From an uncultured Candidatus Binatia bacterium (GTDB lineage Bacteria > Desulfobacterota > Binatia > UBA9968 > CAXXLF01), in assembly GCA_965218425.1 (NCBI GenBank), contig OZ244621.1, positions 576,001 through 640,000 on the forward strand: DNA of 64,000 nucleotides, written 5' to 3'. Position numbers and translations under genes: made by a program. Below, in pieces: positions 19,594 through 29,496 of the stretch. The notes below the pieces were generated by a model. It ran no database searches. It was given only the letters and a program-made list of their open reading frames with translations, and was not told where the DNA came from. Within the stretch, counting starts at the first letter, position 1. The number at the start of each line of letters is the position of its first letter.

Positions 19594-20445
19594 ATGATGA
19601 TTCCATCTGAGCACATTGGCTTCATCGGTTTAGGCAATATGGGAGGGGCTATCGCGCTACGTCTATTGCGGGCCGGTTACCGGATGACAGTCCTTGATTT
19701 GGACAATCAAAAGATGGCGCCGCTCCTCAAAGAGGGAGCTTCGCGGGCCTCATCGCCTAAGGAAATAGCCCGGAAATCCAATGTAATTTTAGCTTCGCTG
19801 CAAGCAGATTCCGTAGCAGAAGTGGCCTGTGGTGCCGATGGCATCGCGGCAGGCGGAAAGGCTGGCATGGTTTTCGTGGACCTAAGCAGCACCCCTCCTG
19901 AATTGGCAATCAGGGTCTCCAACGACTTACGGAGTCGAGGGATCGAAATGCTGGATGCACCCGTGAGCGGAGCCGACATCGGCGCCACCAACGGCAACCT
20001 CACCATCTTCGTGGGAGGAAGCTACGAAGCCTACCAACGGTCTCTACCCGTGCTCCAACAGGTGGGGCGCATGGTCACCTACCTTGGAAAGAACGGGAAC
20101 GGACAGTTAGGCAAGCGCATCAATCAAATGATGCAGGCCATGAGTGAGCTGGCGATCCATGAAGGGCTTCAGTTGGCAAAGGAAATGAATTTGCCCCTGA
20201 AAATGTTCGCCCGTGCAGCCTCCGCCGGCTGCGCCCAAACCTGGCGATTGGATGAACTCGTGGATGGCGTGTTTAATCAAGGCGAGACAAAGTACAAACT
20301 CAAGCTTCGCCCAGGTCGGACAGGTACCGCCCTTAAGATGGCAAAGGAAGTGGGGATCACTCTACCCGGGGTCGAGGCTGCACACCGGGTTTTTTCCGAT
20401 CACCAGTGGCGGATCGAGATCGATTTCGAGGAAAAAGACTCCTAG
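19594..20445 (+). CDS. Beta-hydroxyacid (3-hydroxyisobutyrate/tartronate semialdehyde reductase family) dehydrogenase
   Basis: IGFIGLGNMG, LDAPVSG and catalytic Lys in GQLGKRINQ. Confidence 0.88.
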   Translation: MMIPSEHIGFIGLGNMGGAIALRLLRAGYRMTVLDLDNQKMAPLLKEGASRASSPKEIARKSNVILASLQADSVAEVACGADGIAAGGKAGMVFVDLSSTPPELAIRVSNDLRSRGIEMLDAPVSGADIGATNGNLTIFVGGSYEAYQRSLPVLQQVGRMVTYLGKNGNGQLGKRINQMMQAMSELAIHEGLQLAKEMNLPLKMFARAASAGCAQTWRLDELVDGVFNQGETKYKLKLRPGRTGTALKMAKEVGITLPGVEAAHRVFSDHQWRIEIDFEEKDS

Positions 20446-20455
20446 ATAATTCCGC

Positions 20456-21559
20456 TCAGGCGGATTTTTTTCGGATCCCCTTGAGTACTTCATCCATGTG
20501 GCTAGGGGCGCCGATCTTTGCCAACTCCGCCTCAAAAATCCTACGAATCTCCGGGCTCTCGTCTTCATACTCCAGCTGGCTCCCACCCGCTTTCACGTCT
20601 TCTGAAGTACCAAACTGTTTTTTCAGACCCGGGTATTTTCTGCTGGTAAAGGGCTTCAATGCCAGATAACGAGCGGACTCGGCACCCTTATTAAAGTGCT
20701 GGTGATACCACATCTCGGGAGGGACAAATAGGCTCATGTCGTGCCAGTCGTATCTCTTGAAGTTGTCCCCTTCCGGCCACATCATGGAATACCCTTCCCC
20801 CCTAAGCACGATGACATGGGCGCCGGCACCATGGCGATGGGCTTTCTTGTAGGTGCCCACGGGAAATTCCGATATATGAGCCGACATGACGTTATTGGCG
20901 ATCTCTAGCATGATACCCATGCCCCCTGCACCACGGGCGCTTTGGTCTTTCAATTGGAACGCTTTAACATCCTGAATGAAATTACTTTCCCAGAACCTCT
21001 CTGCGAGAAACTTGCCCTTGCCGCTAAAGAAATCATCCTCGCCGGTGTAACGGTCCTTGAAAACATAACCACAATTAAAAATAAAATCCTGGTTATGAAA
21101 CAGGTTCATCACCGTGGGGGCATCGGTCATGCCCAAGAGTCTTACGGACTGGTCCCCCTGGCCGTTGAAGTGCTGGTATGAGGCGTTTAGTGGAGGCGAA
21201 AAGAGGCTCCCCTCTTGCCACTCAAAGGTTTGCTTTTTTCGTTCGTCCGTCCAAACCGTTGTGGCCCCGCGTCCACTCACAACGAAGACCAGTTCTTCAA
21301 ACATATGCTTTTGCGGCTTGGTTGACTTGCCCGGTGGAATCTCCAGAAGATAGCTATCATTGACCCCTTCGCTCCCCTCCAGATTCAGGTAGGCACCCAT
21401 GGCACCCATCCGCTTCCAGGGAGCCAGTTCCACCTTACGCACGTCCTGGATAAAAAACCCTCCAACAACTGGTAGATTCTCCTCTTGTAGAAATTGGGCA
21501 TAAGCGCTGATGCATCCAAGCTCGTTTCCCCTTACCTGTTCAACTGCTGCAGTCGCCAT
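20456..21559 (-). CDS. Bicupin protein, paralog 4
   Basis: QKHMFEE, YQHFNG, KAHRHGAGAH and PPEMWYHQHFN. GGAGG RBS before ATG 21559. Confidence 0.88.
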   Translation of the reverse strand: MATAAVEQVRGNELGCISAYAQFLQEENLPVVGGFFIQDVRKVELAPWKRMGAMGAYLNLEGSEGVNDSYLLEIPPGKSTKPQKHMFEELVFVVSGRGATTVWTDERKKQTFEWQEGSLFSPPLNASYQHFNGQGDQSVRLLGMTDAPTVMNLFHNQDFIFNCGYVFKDRYTGEDDFFSGKGKFLAERFWESNFIQDVKAFQLKDQSARGAGGMGIMLEIANNVMSAHISEFPVGTYKKAHRHGAGAHVIVLRGEGYSMMWPEGDNFKRYDWHDMSLFVPPEMWYHQHFNKGAESARYLALKPFTSRKYPGLKKQFGTSEDVKAGGSQLEYEDESPEIRRIFEAELAKIGAPSHMDEVLKGIRKKSA

Positions 21560-21681
21560 AGAGCACCTCCGTTGCGCGGACATCTAACAATGATTTAATG
21601 CAAAATGATAGCATAAAGGAATATCGTTCTCAACCAAACCCTAACCACAAGACGACGCAGGAGAGCTTGGGCTCGCGGGCC

Positions 21682-21922
21682 TGCCCCTCGGCGGGAGCCG
21701 ATGGGTTTAAACCTCGAGGCCCCGCCCTTTGATTCGGCAGGTCAAATTGGCATGAGCGTACAGCATCGGACGTCTCCCTTCCTTCGGTGCATGCCCCCCC
21801 CCACCCTACACTCGCGAGGCCACGAGGGGAATGAGGATGAAGGGCGTGGGCATCGAATGTGGCGTTTCGAATATCCACTGCCGTATTGCCCACGACCTGA
21901 GGACTCGTTCCCCGAAGAGACT
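21682..21922. repeat. Dispersed degenerate intergenic element, copy A
   Basis: Aligns by eye with the reverse complement of 50653-50890. Confidence 0.75.
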
Positions 21923-21990
21923 ACGCAGGTCCTACCGCAGCGCGATATGTGACGAGTATTGGCCCGAAGGACAAGGACGGAACTGGATTT

Positions 21991-22737
21991 TTAATAGGCG
22001 GGAAGCGATCTGCCGGCATCCAGGGGTAATAGAACGCCGGTGATGTTCCTGGCATCCTGCGAGGTTAAAAACAAAACGGCGGCGCCCACGTCTTCAGGCG
22101 TATGGAGTCTCTTAAGCACCGCGTCCTCCTGAAGCTGCTTGAGCTGCTCCGGTCTCTGCCGGATGGGTGCGGTGAGAGTCGGTCCAACCAGGACCGCATT
22201 GACCCTGATATTTTGATGCCCGTGGTCGGAAGCCATGGCTACCGTAAGGGCGTTCATCGCCGCCTTGCTCGCGGATCGAAGGGCTCGACCTTTAACTCCC
22301 GAGCCGGCAATGGAAGATAGGTTAACGATGGCACCCCCACCCCCATTGGCCATTACGGGGATTGCCGCGCGGGAAAGAGTGATGAGACCTTTGAGATCCG
22401 CTGTCATCTCCTCATCAAAATCTTTTTCCGAGATGTCCATCACCGAGCCCACCACACGCCGAGCGGCCCCGTAGTTCACCAAAATATCGATCCGGCCATA
22501 CTGCCCAACCGTATTTTTGACGATGGATTCCGCATCCTCTGGGCGGCTCACTTCTCCTGCCAATAGCCTGCAGTTTCCTCCCAAGGCCTCGATTGAGCGA
22601 AGGGTCTCCTGCGCCTGCTCCGACGCTTTGTAACATCCAGCAACCTTGGATCCTTCGCGAGCAAGAGCTTCAGCAATGGCCCCCCCTATTTCGGAATCAA
22701 CACCGGTGACCAGGGATACCTTGTTTTCTAATCTCAT
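21991..22737 (-). CDS. Short-chain dehydrogenase/reductase with atypical active site
   Basis: LENKVSLVTG, GRIDILVN, NIRVNAV and ITGVLLPLDAG. YxxxK reads RSASK. Confidence 0.88.
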   Translation of the reverse strand: MRLENKVSLVTGVDSEIGGAIAEALAREGSKVAGCYKASEQAQETLRSIEALGGNCRLLAGEVSRPEDAESIVKNTVGQYGRIDILVNYGAARRVVGSVMDISEKDFDEEMTADLKGLITLSRAAIPVMANGGGGAIVNLSSIAGSGVKGRALRSASKAAMNALTVAMASDHGHQNIRVNAVLVGPTLTAPIRQRPEQLKQLQEDAVLKRLHTPEDVGAAVLFLTSQDARNITGVLLPLDAGRSLPAY

Positions 22738-22770
22738 AAGGTTTGTCCTCTTATATGATTGACGTTCACC

Positions 22771-25023
22771 TCAATAGGAGGCCCTTCGCCGGTTGAGAGC
22801 CTCGGCGATCTTTTCGGGTGTAATCGGAGCGTCCATGATTCTCACACCCGTGGCATTGTACACGGCATTGGCTATGGCTGGAGCTATGACACTGATGCCG
22901 CATTCGGCGACTGCCTTGGTACCGAAAGGTCCCGGTCCGGCATTTGCGATCACATGGGACGTGGCCAATCTTGGGACGTCACGAATGTTGGGAATCTTGT
23001 AGTCGCCCAAATGAAGAGTTGTGATCCGACCGTCATCCACCTCCAGGCCTTCCATTAGGCTAAAGCCCACACCTTGCATTATTCCACCGTCGATCTGTCC
23101 CTGATGGATAATGGGGTTTATAATTTTCGTCACGTCAATGACAAAATAGATCCGCTCAGGCCTTACCTGGCCGGTCTCTGAGTCAACTTCCACGTCAACC
23201 ACCACGGCATAGAAAGAATACAGATCGGAGGCCCCATCCTTGCAATATCCAACTCCTTTAAGTGAAGCTTCCCCAGATTGGCCTGCCAGCTCCTGTAGAG
23301 TCAAGAATCTTTTTGTTGAGCCCGTAACCCACGCTCGACCTCTTTCCCACCGCACTCTATCAACCTCAACCTTCCAGATGGCGGCGGCCAAATTACGCAA
23401 CTGGTCGATCATGGACTCGGCAGCCCAGGCTACTGCCCGCCCTTCAATGTGCACTCCCCTCTGCGCTCGTATTCCCTCGTCGTAGACCCCGCCGTCGGTG
23501 CCCTGGAGGTCGATTTGAACCATGTCCGGATCCACGCCCATGGCTTCCGCCGCCACCTGCTTGTGCATCGTGTGGGCACCCACCCCCACATCCCGAACCG
23601 AAGTTACCAATCGCAGGGAGCCATCGGGTTGGAGAAAAAGTTCCGCCGAGGATTCACCCGGTCCAATGTGGTGGTTTCCCATGCTCAAACCACATCCCAT
23701 AAGAACATGGGACCGATCCTTGGACCGACGAGGTTTAGTCTTGCGCCATCGCGTGAGTTCGGCAACTCGCTCGAGAACCTCCCGGCCCTGGGGATCACGC
23801 AGAGGTCGTTCACTGGGCTGACTGTCACCTTCCTGGAGAACGTTGCGCAAGCGGAACTCCAGAGGATCCATCCCCAGCTTCTCCGCCATCATGTCCATGT
23901 GGCTCTCGACGGCAAACAGAGACTGCACCTCTCCTGGCGCTCTAAAATAGCCGCAGGGGACCTGATTGGTGTAGACGATCAATCCCTCCATGCGCACGTG
24001 AGGCGTGCGATAGGAGCCTGCCAGCATGAATGTCCCGGTCATGGCGTTTTGCGGATTACGCGACCCGTAAGCACCCCCGTTGTAGACGATTTGGCCATCC
24101 CAGGCCCACAATCGTCCGTCGCTCTTCACACCGGTACGGAGTTTGACCACACCCGCATGCCGGGGTTCGCCGTCCAAAAGGTCTTCCGAATAATGATTCA
24201 CAACCTTGACCGGCTTACCGGTGGCCCGGGCCAGATAATAGATGTAAAGGACATCGTCGTAGCCCAATTTCCCCCCGAAGGAACCCCCAGTCGATACGGG
24301 ATGGACCACGATCCTCTCTTCGGGGATATCCGTATGGGCGGCTAGCCATCTGCGAACGAGGAAGGGCGCTTGATGGCAATGCCAGACAGAGACCCGGCCC
24401 TGGGAATCCAACTCTACGACGCCGGCTCGAGGTTCAATATAACCCTGATGAACCATCTGGGTGCGGAAGGTATTCTCAAAGATATGGTCCGATTCTTTGA
24501 AACCTTCTTCGATGTTGCCCTTGTTCGACCGGTGAGCGGATCGCACGTTTCGGAACGAAGGCTCTTTGAAAGGACCCTTATAGCTCTCGTAATCGGGATG
24601 GAGAATGGGAGAGTCCGGTGCCATGGCCTCAAAGGGGTCGAATACAGCCGGTAGCTCCTCGTAGTCCACCGCAATGAGCTGCAAAGCCTCCTCGAGGGTT
24701 TCCCGATCCACCGCTGCGACACCCGCCACCTTTTCACCGATATAGCGTACCCGGTCCCTGGCAAATATGGGTTGGTCCCGCAGAGCAAACCCCTCGAGCC
24801 GTTCAGATACATCACCAGCGGTGAGCACCACCGCCACGCCGTTCAGTTTCTGGGCCTTGCTCACATCAACATTCAAGATGCGGGCATGGGGGTATGGACT
24901 CCGCAGGAACCCTCCCCAGAGAGCGCCCGGGCGGTGGATGTCCGCCGAATACCGGCAAGACCCGGTCACTTTACTAACTCCCTCCACACGGGCAATAGCT
25001 TGTCCGAGCACTGTTTTCTTCAT
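22771..25023 (-). CDS. Xanthine dehydrogenase/CoxL-family molybdopterin-binding large subunit
   Basis: LRSPYPHARI, GGSFGGK, FRAPG, GQIDGG and GPFGTKAVAE. Confidence 0.93.
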   Translation of the reverse strand: MKKTVLGQAIARVEGVSKVTGSCRYSADIHRPGALWGGFLRSPYPHARILNVDVSKAQKLNGVAVVLTAGDVSERLEGFALRDQPIFARDRVRYIGEKVAGVAAVDRETLEEALQLIAVDYEELPAVFDPFEAMAPDSPILHPDYESYKGPFKEPSFRNVRSAHRSNKGNIEEGFKESDHIFENTFRTQMVHQGYIEPRAGVVELDSQGRVSVWHCHQAPFLVRRWLAAHTDIPEERIVVHPVSTGGSFGGKLGYDDVLYIYYLARATGKPVKVVNHYSEDLLDGEPRHAGVVKLRTGVKSDGRLWAWDGQIVYNGGAYGSRNPQNAMTGTFMLAGSYRTPHVRMEGLIVYTNQVPCGYFRAPGEVQSLFAVESHMDMMAEKLGMDPLEFRLRNVLQEGDSQPSERPLRDPQGREVLERVAELTRWRKTKPRRSKDRSHVLMGCGLSMGNHHIGPGESSAELFLQPDGSLRLVTSVRDVGVGAHTMHKQVAAEAMGVDPDMVQIDLQGTDGGVYDEGIRAQRGVHIEGRAVAWAAESMIDQLRNLAAAIWKVEVDRVRWERGRAWVTGSTKRFLTLQELAGQSGEASLKGVGYCKDGASDLYSFYAVVVDVEVDSETGQVRPERIYFVIDVTKIINPIIHQGQIDGGIMQGVGFSLMEGLEVDDGRITTLHLGDYKIPNIRDVPRLATSHVIANAGPGPFGTKAVAECGISVIAPAIANAVYNATGVRIMDAPITPEKIAEALNRRRASY

Positions 25024-25231
25024 TGTCTCATTCCCGCAAGGGATGGTAGCAAACCAGAGTTTCCATGGTCAACGGGAATCTGCTGCAGCTCACGGAAGAA
25101 CAACTAACCTAAAAAAGCATACCTATTTGCCAGGTATAGTCAGATAACCATGTTTCTTGACAAAACCCGGTGACCCAGATAGAAGCACCTTAGTATCACA
25201 TCACTTTCAGATTGACGAAAGGAGACTGTCG

Positions 25232-26317
25232 ATGTTTTACAAACACCTCAGATTTTTCGTTCTGGCCGCACCCCTCTGGCTTGTGGGTCTCAACCAAGCA
25301 CCCACTGCCCACGCATCGGAAGTTAAAAACCTTTTGGAGGCGGCAAAGAAAAACGGTGAGACCAAGTTGAATCTCTCCTGGGGTCAGGTTTCCTTGGGCG
25401 GACCCAAGGGAGCTAAGATGTTCGAGGCCCTTTTTAACCAGATGTATGGCACCGACATCAAGTTGGTCTTTACACCAGGTCCATCCATGCCCCGAATGGC
25501 CGGGAAAATTATCCAGGAAGTAACGGCTGGCCGCAAGCCTTCAACGGACGTATTGATCGGCATGGTGGACCACTATGCAGGACTGGTGGATCGGAACGTA
25601 CTGGAATCGTACCCGTACACCAAGCTGTCTTCACGGATTACGGAGGATCTGATGGCGCCCAAAAACATCGGCGTTGAAGTCTACACCTCCATTCCTGGAA
25701 TCCTCTACAATACCAATCTCGTCTCCCCCGCCGAGGTTCCAAGAAAGAGTCTGACCGGAGTTCTCAAACCAAAATGGAAAGGTAGAATCGCCTCAACCCC
25801 ATATGCAGCTTACTTTGACCGCGTTGCCATGCGACCTGAGTGGAGCATTGAAAGGATGAAAGCCTTCGGAGTCGAACTGTCAAAGTACGTAGGCGGGTTG
25901 CTGCGCGTCGGCGAAGACCAGCGTATCGGCAGCGGTGAATTTGCTTTGTTCGTCATGGCCCCCTTCCAGGGTGCACTCAAACACCAGTCCAGAGGTGCCC
26001 CCTTGGGTTTTGTAATTCCCGAGGATAGCGCCACCGTCAATTTTGCACATCTTGGGGTCCCCCGCAACGCTGTTGCGCCTAACCTGGCCAAGCTTTTCAT
26101 CAACATGGTGGTAAGCAAACAGGGGCAGAAAATCATCTACAAGACCTATTACACCGATCATCACAAGCTAGCAGGCTCCCAGTCGGCCGAAGCATTAAAA
26201 AAGGTAAAATCCGCAAGAGCAAGCATCATGGAGATCAACGCCCAATTTGTCTACGATCACCCCGAAATGAAGAAGCTTCAACGCGCATTTTCAAAAATAC
26301 TCAGGAAGAAGAATTAA
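25232..26317 (+). CDS. ABC transporter substrate-binding protein
   Basis: Signal peptide (AHA), PKWKGRIAS and APNLAKLFIN. AGGAG RBS before ATG 25232. Confidence 0.88.
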   Translation: MFYKHLRFFVLAAPLWLVGLNQAPTAHASEVKNLLEAAKKNGETKLNLSWGQVSLGGPKGAKMFEALFNQMYGTDIKLVFTPGPSMPRMAGKIIQEVTAGRKPSTDVLIGMVDHYAGLVDRNVLESYPYTKLSSRITEDLMAPKNIGVEVYTSIPGILYNTNLVSPAEVPRKSLTGVLKPKWKGRIASTPYAAYFDRVAMRPEWSIERMKAFGVELSKYVGGLLRVGEDQRIGSGEFALFVMAPFQGALKHQSRGAPLGFVIPEDSATVNFAHLGVPRNAVAPNLAKLFINMVVSKQGQKIIYKTYYTDHHKLAGSQSAEALKKVKSARASIMEINAQFVYDHPEMKKLQRAFSKILRKKN

Positions 26318-26406
26318 CCAGACCCATAAGCTCATCAATGTCCATTCAGAAACTATGCTTGCGGCCCACACGGGCCCCAAGTCTCAAAAGGGGAAGGAGA
26401 CCGAAG

Positions 26407-27489
26407 ATGACTAGACTGCAACTTTCGCTGATTTTCACCGCTTTTACGTTACTGGCGGCAGGCCTTCAGGTATCGAACGCCGCGGCTTCGGAAGTCCAGC
26501 GCCTCTTGGCGGCTGCGAAGGAGAAAGGTGAGACAGTTCTCAACGTCTCTTGGGGCGCGCAATCCATGGGCGGCAGCAAGGGCGCCAAAAGGTTCGAGGC
26601 CCTCTTCAATCGAATGTATGGTACCAACATCAAGGTTAACTTTACCCCCGGACCGTCAATGCCGCGCTTGGTGGGCAAAGTAACCCAGGAAGTGGCCGCC
26701 GGTAACCAGGCCTCCACGGACGTGTTGCTGGGAACCGAATCACACTATGGTTCGCTCATGAAAAGATCCGTGCTGGAGCAATACGACTATAGAAAATTGT
26801 CCCCGCGTATCACGGACGAGGTCATGGCTCCCAACAATATCGGCGTCGAAGTCGCCACGTTCATCTCCGGCATCGTCCATAACACAAAATTGGTCCCACC
26901 ATCGGAGGCGCCAAAAAAACTCGAGGATACGCTGAATCCCAAGTGGAAGGGGAAAATTGCCTCCACCCCCTATGCGGCCCAATTCGACCGGGTGGCCCTG
27001 CTTCCTGGCTGGGGGGACGAAAAGATGAAGACCTATATTACCAAGCTCTCGACGAACGTCGGAGGCTTGATTCGCTGCGGTGAACTTTCACGTATCACCA
27101 GCGGCGAGTTCGTGATGATGGTCATGGGCTGCGGCAGCTACGCTGTACGTTTGGAGCAGGCCAGGGGCGCGCCCGTGGGCCATGTCATCTTGCAAGACGG
27201 CGGCACCATATCCTTCTTCTACTGGGGAGTCCCGCGCAATGCCGCCGCCCCAAATCTGGCAAAGCTTCTTATCAACATGGCCTTGAGCAAAGAGGGTCAA
27301 AAGGTGGTTTATAAGAATTATGCCACGGATCACCACGCGTTGCCCGGTTCGCAATGGGCGGCGGAGCTGAAAGAGTACAAGGCTAGGGGAATTCCCATCT
27401 TAGAAGTGGATGCCCAATACATCGCCGACCATCCCGAGCAACGCAAGCTCGGTCGGGCGCTATCCAAGATACTCAGGAAAAAGCGTTGA
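26407..27489 (+). CDS. ABC transporter substrate-binding protein (paralog of the preceding gene)
   Basis: Shares FEALFNxMYGTxIK, FTPGPSMPR and STPYAA with the preceding protein. Confidence 0.88.
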   Translation: MTRLQLSLIFTAFTLLAAGLQVSNAAASEVQRLLAAAKEKGETVLNVSWGAQSMGGSKGAKRFEALFNRMYGTNIKVNFTPGPSMPRLVGKVTQEVAAGNQASTDVLLGTESHYGSLMKRSVLEQYDYRKLSPRITDEVMAPNNIGVEVATFISGIVHNTKLVPPSEAPKKLEDTLNPKWKGKIASTPYAAQFDRVALLPGWGDEKMKTYITKLSTNVGGLIRCGELSRITSGEFVMMVMGCGSYAVRLEQARGAPVGHVILQDGGTISFFYWGVPRNAAAPNLAKLLINMALSKEGQKVVYKNYATDHHALPGSQWAAELKEYKARGIPILEVDAQYIADHPEQRKLGRALSKILRKKR

Positions 27490-27531
27490 GGCTGAGACAT
27501 ATCTCTACCGTGTAGAGCGGGGCATGAGACC

Positions 27532-29304
27532 TTGAAATCCGAAGCGACTATTCAAGCTTCTGCAAGAATGCAGGGGCTTAGTGAACGGTGGAGTGCCCTC
27601 TCTAGAGCCTATTGGCGCCTTGGAATTAGCCCGTTGTGGCTCCTGGTGGGGCCCATGGTGCTCACCATCGTCGTACTGCTGGTCACCATCTTCTGGATGA
27701 GTTTTATCGTGGGCCTCCCGGGCACCCCCGAGGCCCACTTTTCCGTCGTAAACTACATCACATTGTACGCGGATCCTTTTGTTGTCACTGCTCTGGTAAA
27801 TACCCTCGGGTTTGCAGTGACCACGATGTTTGTCGCTCTTTTTTTTGGCGTATCCATTGCCTGGTTTGTGGAACGAACCGATCTTCCGGGAAAATCCTCC
27901 ATCTACACGGTAATGAGCCTCGGCATCCTCTTGCCCGGCTTCTTTACAGCCATGGGTTGGCTCTTCCTGCTACATCCGCGCATTGGGATGGTCAATCGTT
28001 GGATCATGGACATCACGGGTCTCACCACAGCGCCCCTGAGCATTACCAACCTGATAGGCATGGGATGGGTACAGGGGCTTAATCTCACCGCCCTCGCCTT
28101 CATCATGACCACGGCAAGTTTTCGCTCCATGGACCCGGCGTTGGAAGAAGCCGCCACGGTCCACGGGGCCAGTTTCAGCCAGATGTTACGGTCCGTGTTT
28201 GCACCCCTGATGCTTCCGGGTTTAGCGGCCAGCGCCATTTATATATTCACCATCAGCATAGGGGTCTTCGACACCCCCGCGATCATTGGCTTGAGTAACC
28301 GGATCTTTACCTTTAGCACCTATGTCTACACCCAGAGCATCACCGAGGACGCCCTGCCCAATTATGGCGCCGTTGCCGCTATGAGTGCGCTCATGACATC
28401 TTTAGCGCTCCTGTTGGCATATTTTTACAGCGGCGTGATCAACAAGAGCTACCAATATCAGGTGGTGACAGGTAAAGGCTACCGGCCGAATCTATACAAA
28501 TTGGGGGGCTGGACGGGGCCGGTTTGGTGCTTCATCGGATTGTACTTTTTCTTGAGCAAGTTGCTTCCTTTATTACTGTTGATCTGGGCATCGCTGCTCC
28601 AATATTTCCAGCCGCCGTCGATGCAGGCCTTTAACAGTGTCTCGCTGCAAAACTTTCGCGACATTCCCTTCGACTTGCTAGCCCGAGGCGGGCTGAACAC
28701 GGCCATACTCATGGTCACAGTACCCACTGTAGCCGTGGTCATAAGTTTCGGTTTTTCCTGGATGGTCGTCCGTTCTAACTTTCGCTTCCGGGCGATTCTA
28801 GATTTCTTCGCATTTCTGCCCCATGCCGTTCCAGGTATTATATTCGGCGTGGGCGCTCTCTTTGTGGCTCTATTTATTCTAAAGGGAATACCGTTGTACG
28901 GTTCGCTGACGCTGTTGGGGATTGTCTACGTTGTGGATCGACTGACCTTTGGAACGCGGCTGTTAAACTCAGCGTTGATACAAGTGCACCACGACCTTGA
29001 GGAGGCTGCCACCGTTTGCGGAGCCACTGGGATCAAAGTGGCTCGTAGTGTCTTGGCACCATTGGTCTGGCCCGCGATCCTGAGCGGTTGGTTGTGGATG
29101 GGTCTCCTAACGCTACGCGAGCTTACCCTGGCAACCATCCTATTTACCCCCAATAACGTTACCATGCCCGTGGTGATATGGAGCATCTGGAGCAGCGGCA
29201 ATTATGGAGTCGCCTCCTCCATTACGCTGGTTCTATTGCTTTGTTTAGCGCCACTGGTCCTACTTTATTGGATCATCGGTAGGCGAACAATGCTGGGCAA
29301 CTAA
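27532..29304 (+). CDS. ABC transporter permease (FbpB-type)
   Basis: Two EAA loops (LEEAATVHGAS, LEEAATVCGAT). Confidence 0.92.
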   Translation: MKSEATIQASARMQGLSERWSALSRAYWRLGISPLWLLVGPMVLTIVVLLVTIFWMSFIVGLPGTPEAHFSVVNYITLYADPFVVTALVNTLGFAVTTMFVALFFGVSIAWFVERTDLPGKSSIYTVMSLGILLPGFFTAMGWLFLLHPRIGMVNRWIMDITGLTTAPLSITNLIGMGWVQGLNLTALAFIMTTASFRSMDPALEEAATVHGASFSQMLRSVFAPLMLPGLAASAIYIFTISIGVFDTPAIIGLSNRIFTFSTYVYTQSITEDALPNYGAVAAMSALMTSLALLLAYFYSGVINKSYQYQVVTGKGYRPNLYKLGGWTGPVWCFIGLYFFLSKLLPLLLLIWASLLQYFQPPSMQAFNSVSLQNFRDIPFDLLARGGLNTAILMVTVPTVAVVISFGFSWMVVRSNFRFRAILDFFAFLPHAVPGIIFGVGALFVALFILKGIPLYGSLTLLGIVYVVDRLTFGTRLLNSALIQVHHDLEEAATVCGATGIKVARSVLAPLVWPAILSGWLWMGLLTLRELTLATILFTPNNVTMPVVIWSIWSSGNYGVASSITLVLLLCLAPLVLLYWIIGRRTMLGN

Positions 29305-29420
29305 TCCGCGGCTTGCTTCCAACTATCGAGGTAGTGCAGGTCATGGAAGAGACACTTGACCGCTACACTTCAGACGCAAAAAGTCAGCACGGCTAACCCC
29401 CAGCTTTGTGGGACCCGGGG

Positions 29421-29449
29421 TTGACAGAGATCGCGTCATCCAATACTTT
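29421..29449 (+). promoter_or_regulatory. Putative sigma70 promoter for UbiD copy 2
   Basis: TTGACA-N17-TACTTT, upstream of the AGGAG RBS and ATG 29497. Confidence 0.55.
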
Positions 29450-29496
29450 GCGGTCTAGTTCTGTGGACAATGTCGCGAAGATGAAAGGAGTATCCG

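Noticed and set aside
23449..24345. 298-aa plus-strand ORF, and similar ORFs at 10316, 15371, 18652 and 33021
   Set aside because: Antisense shadows of well-supported genes.
22771..25023. Form I aerobic CO dehydrogenase coxL
   Set aside because: The active-site loop is GYFRAPG, not AYxCSFR, and no coxM/coxS is present.
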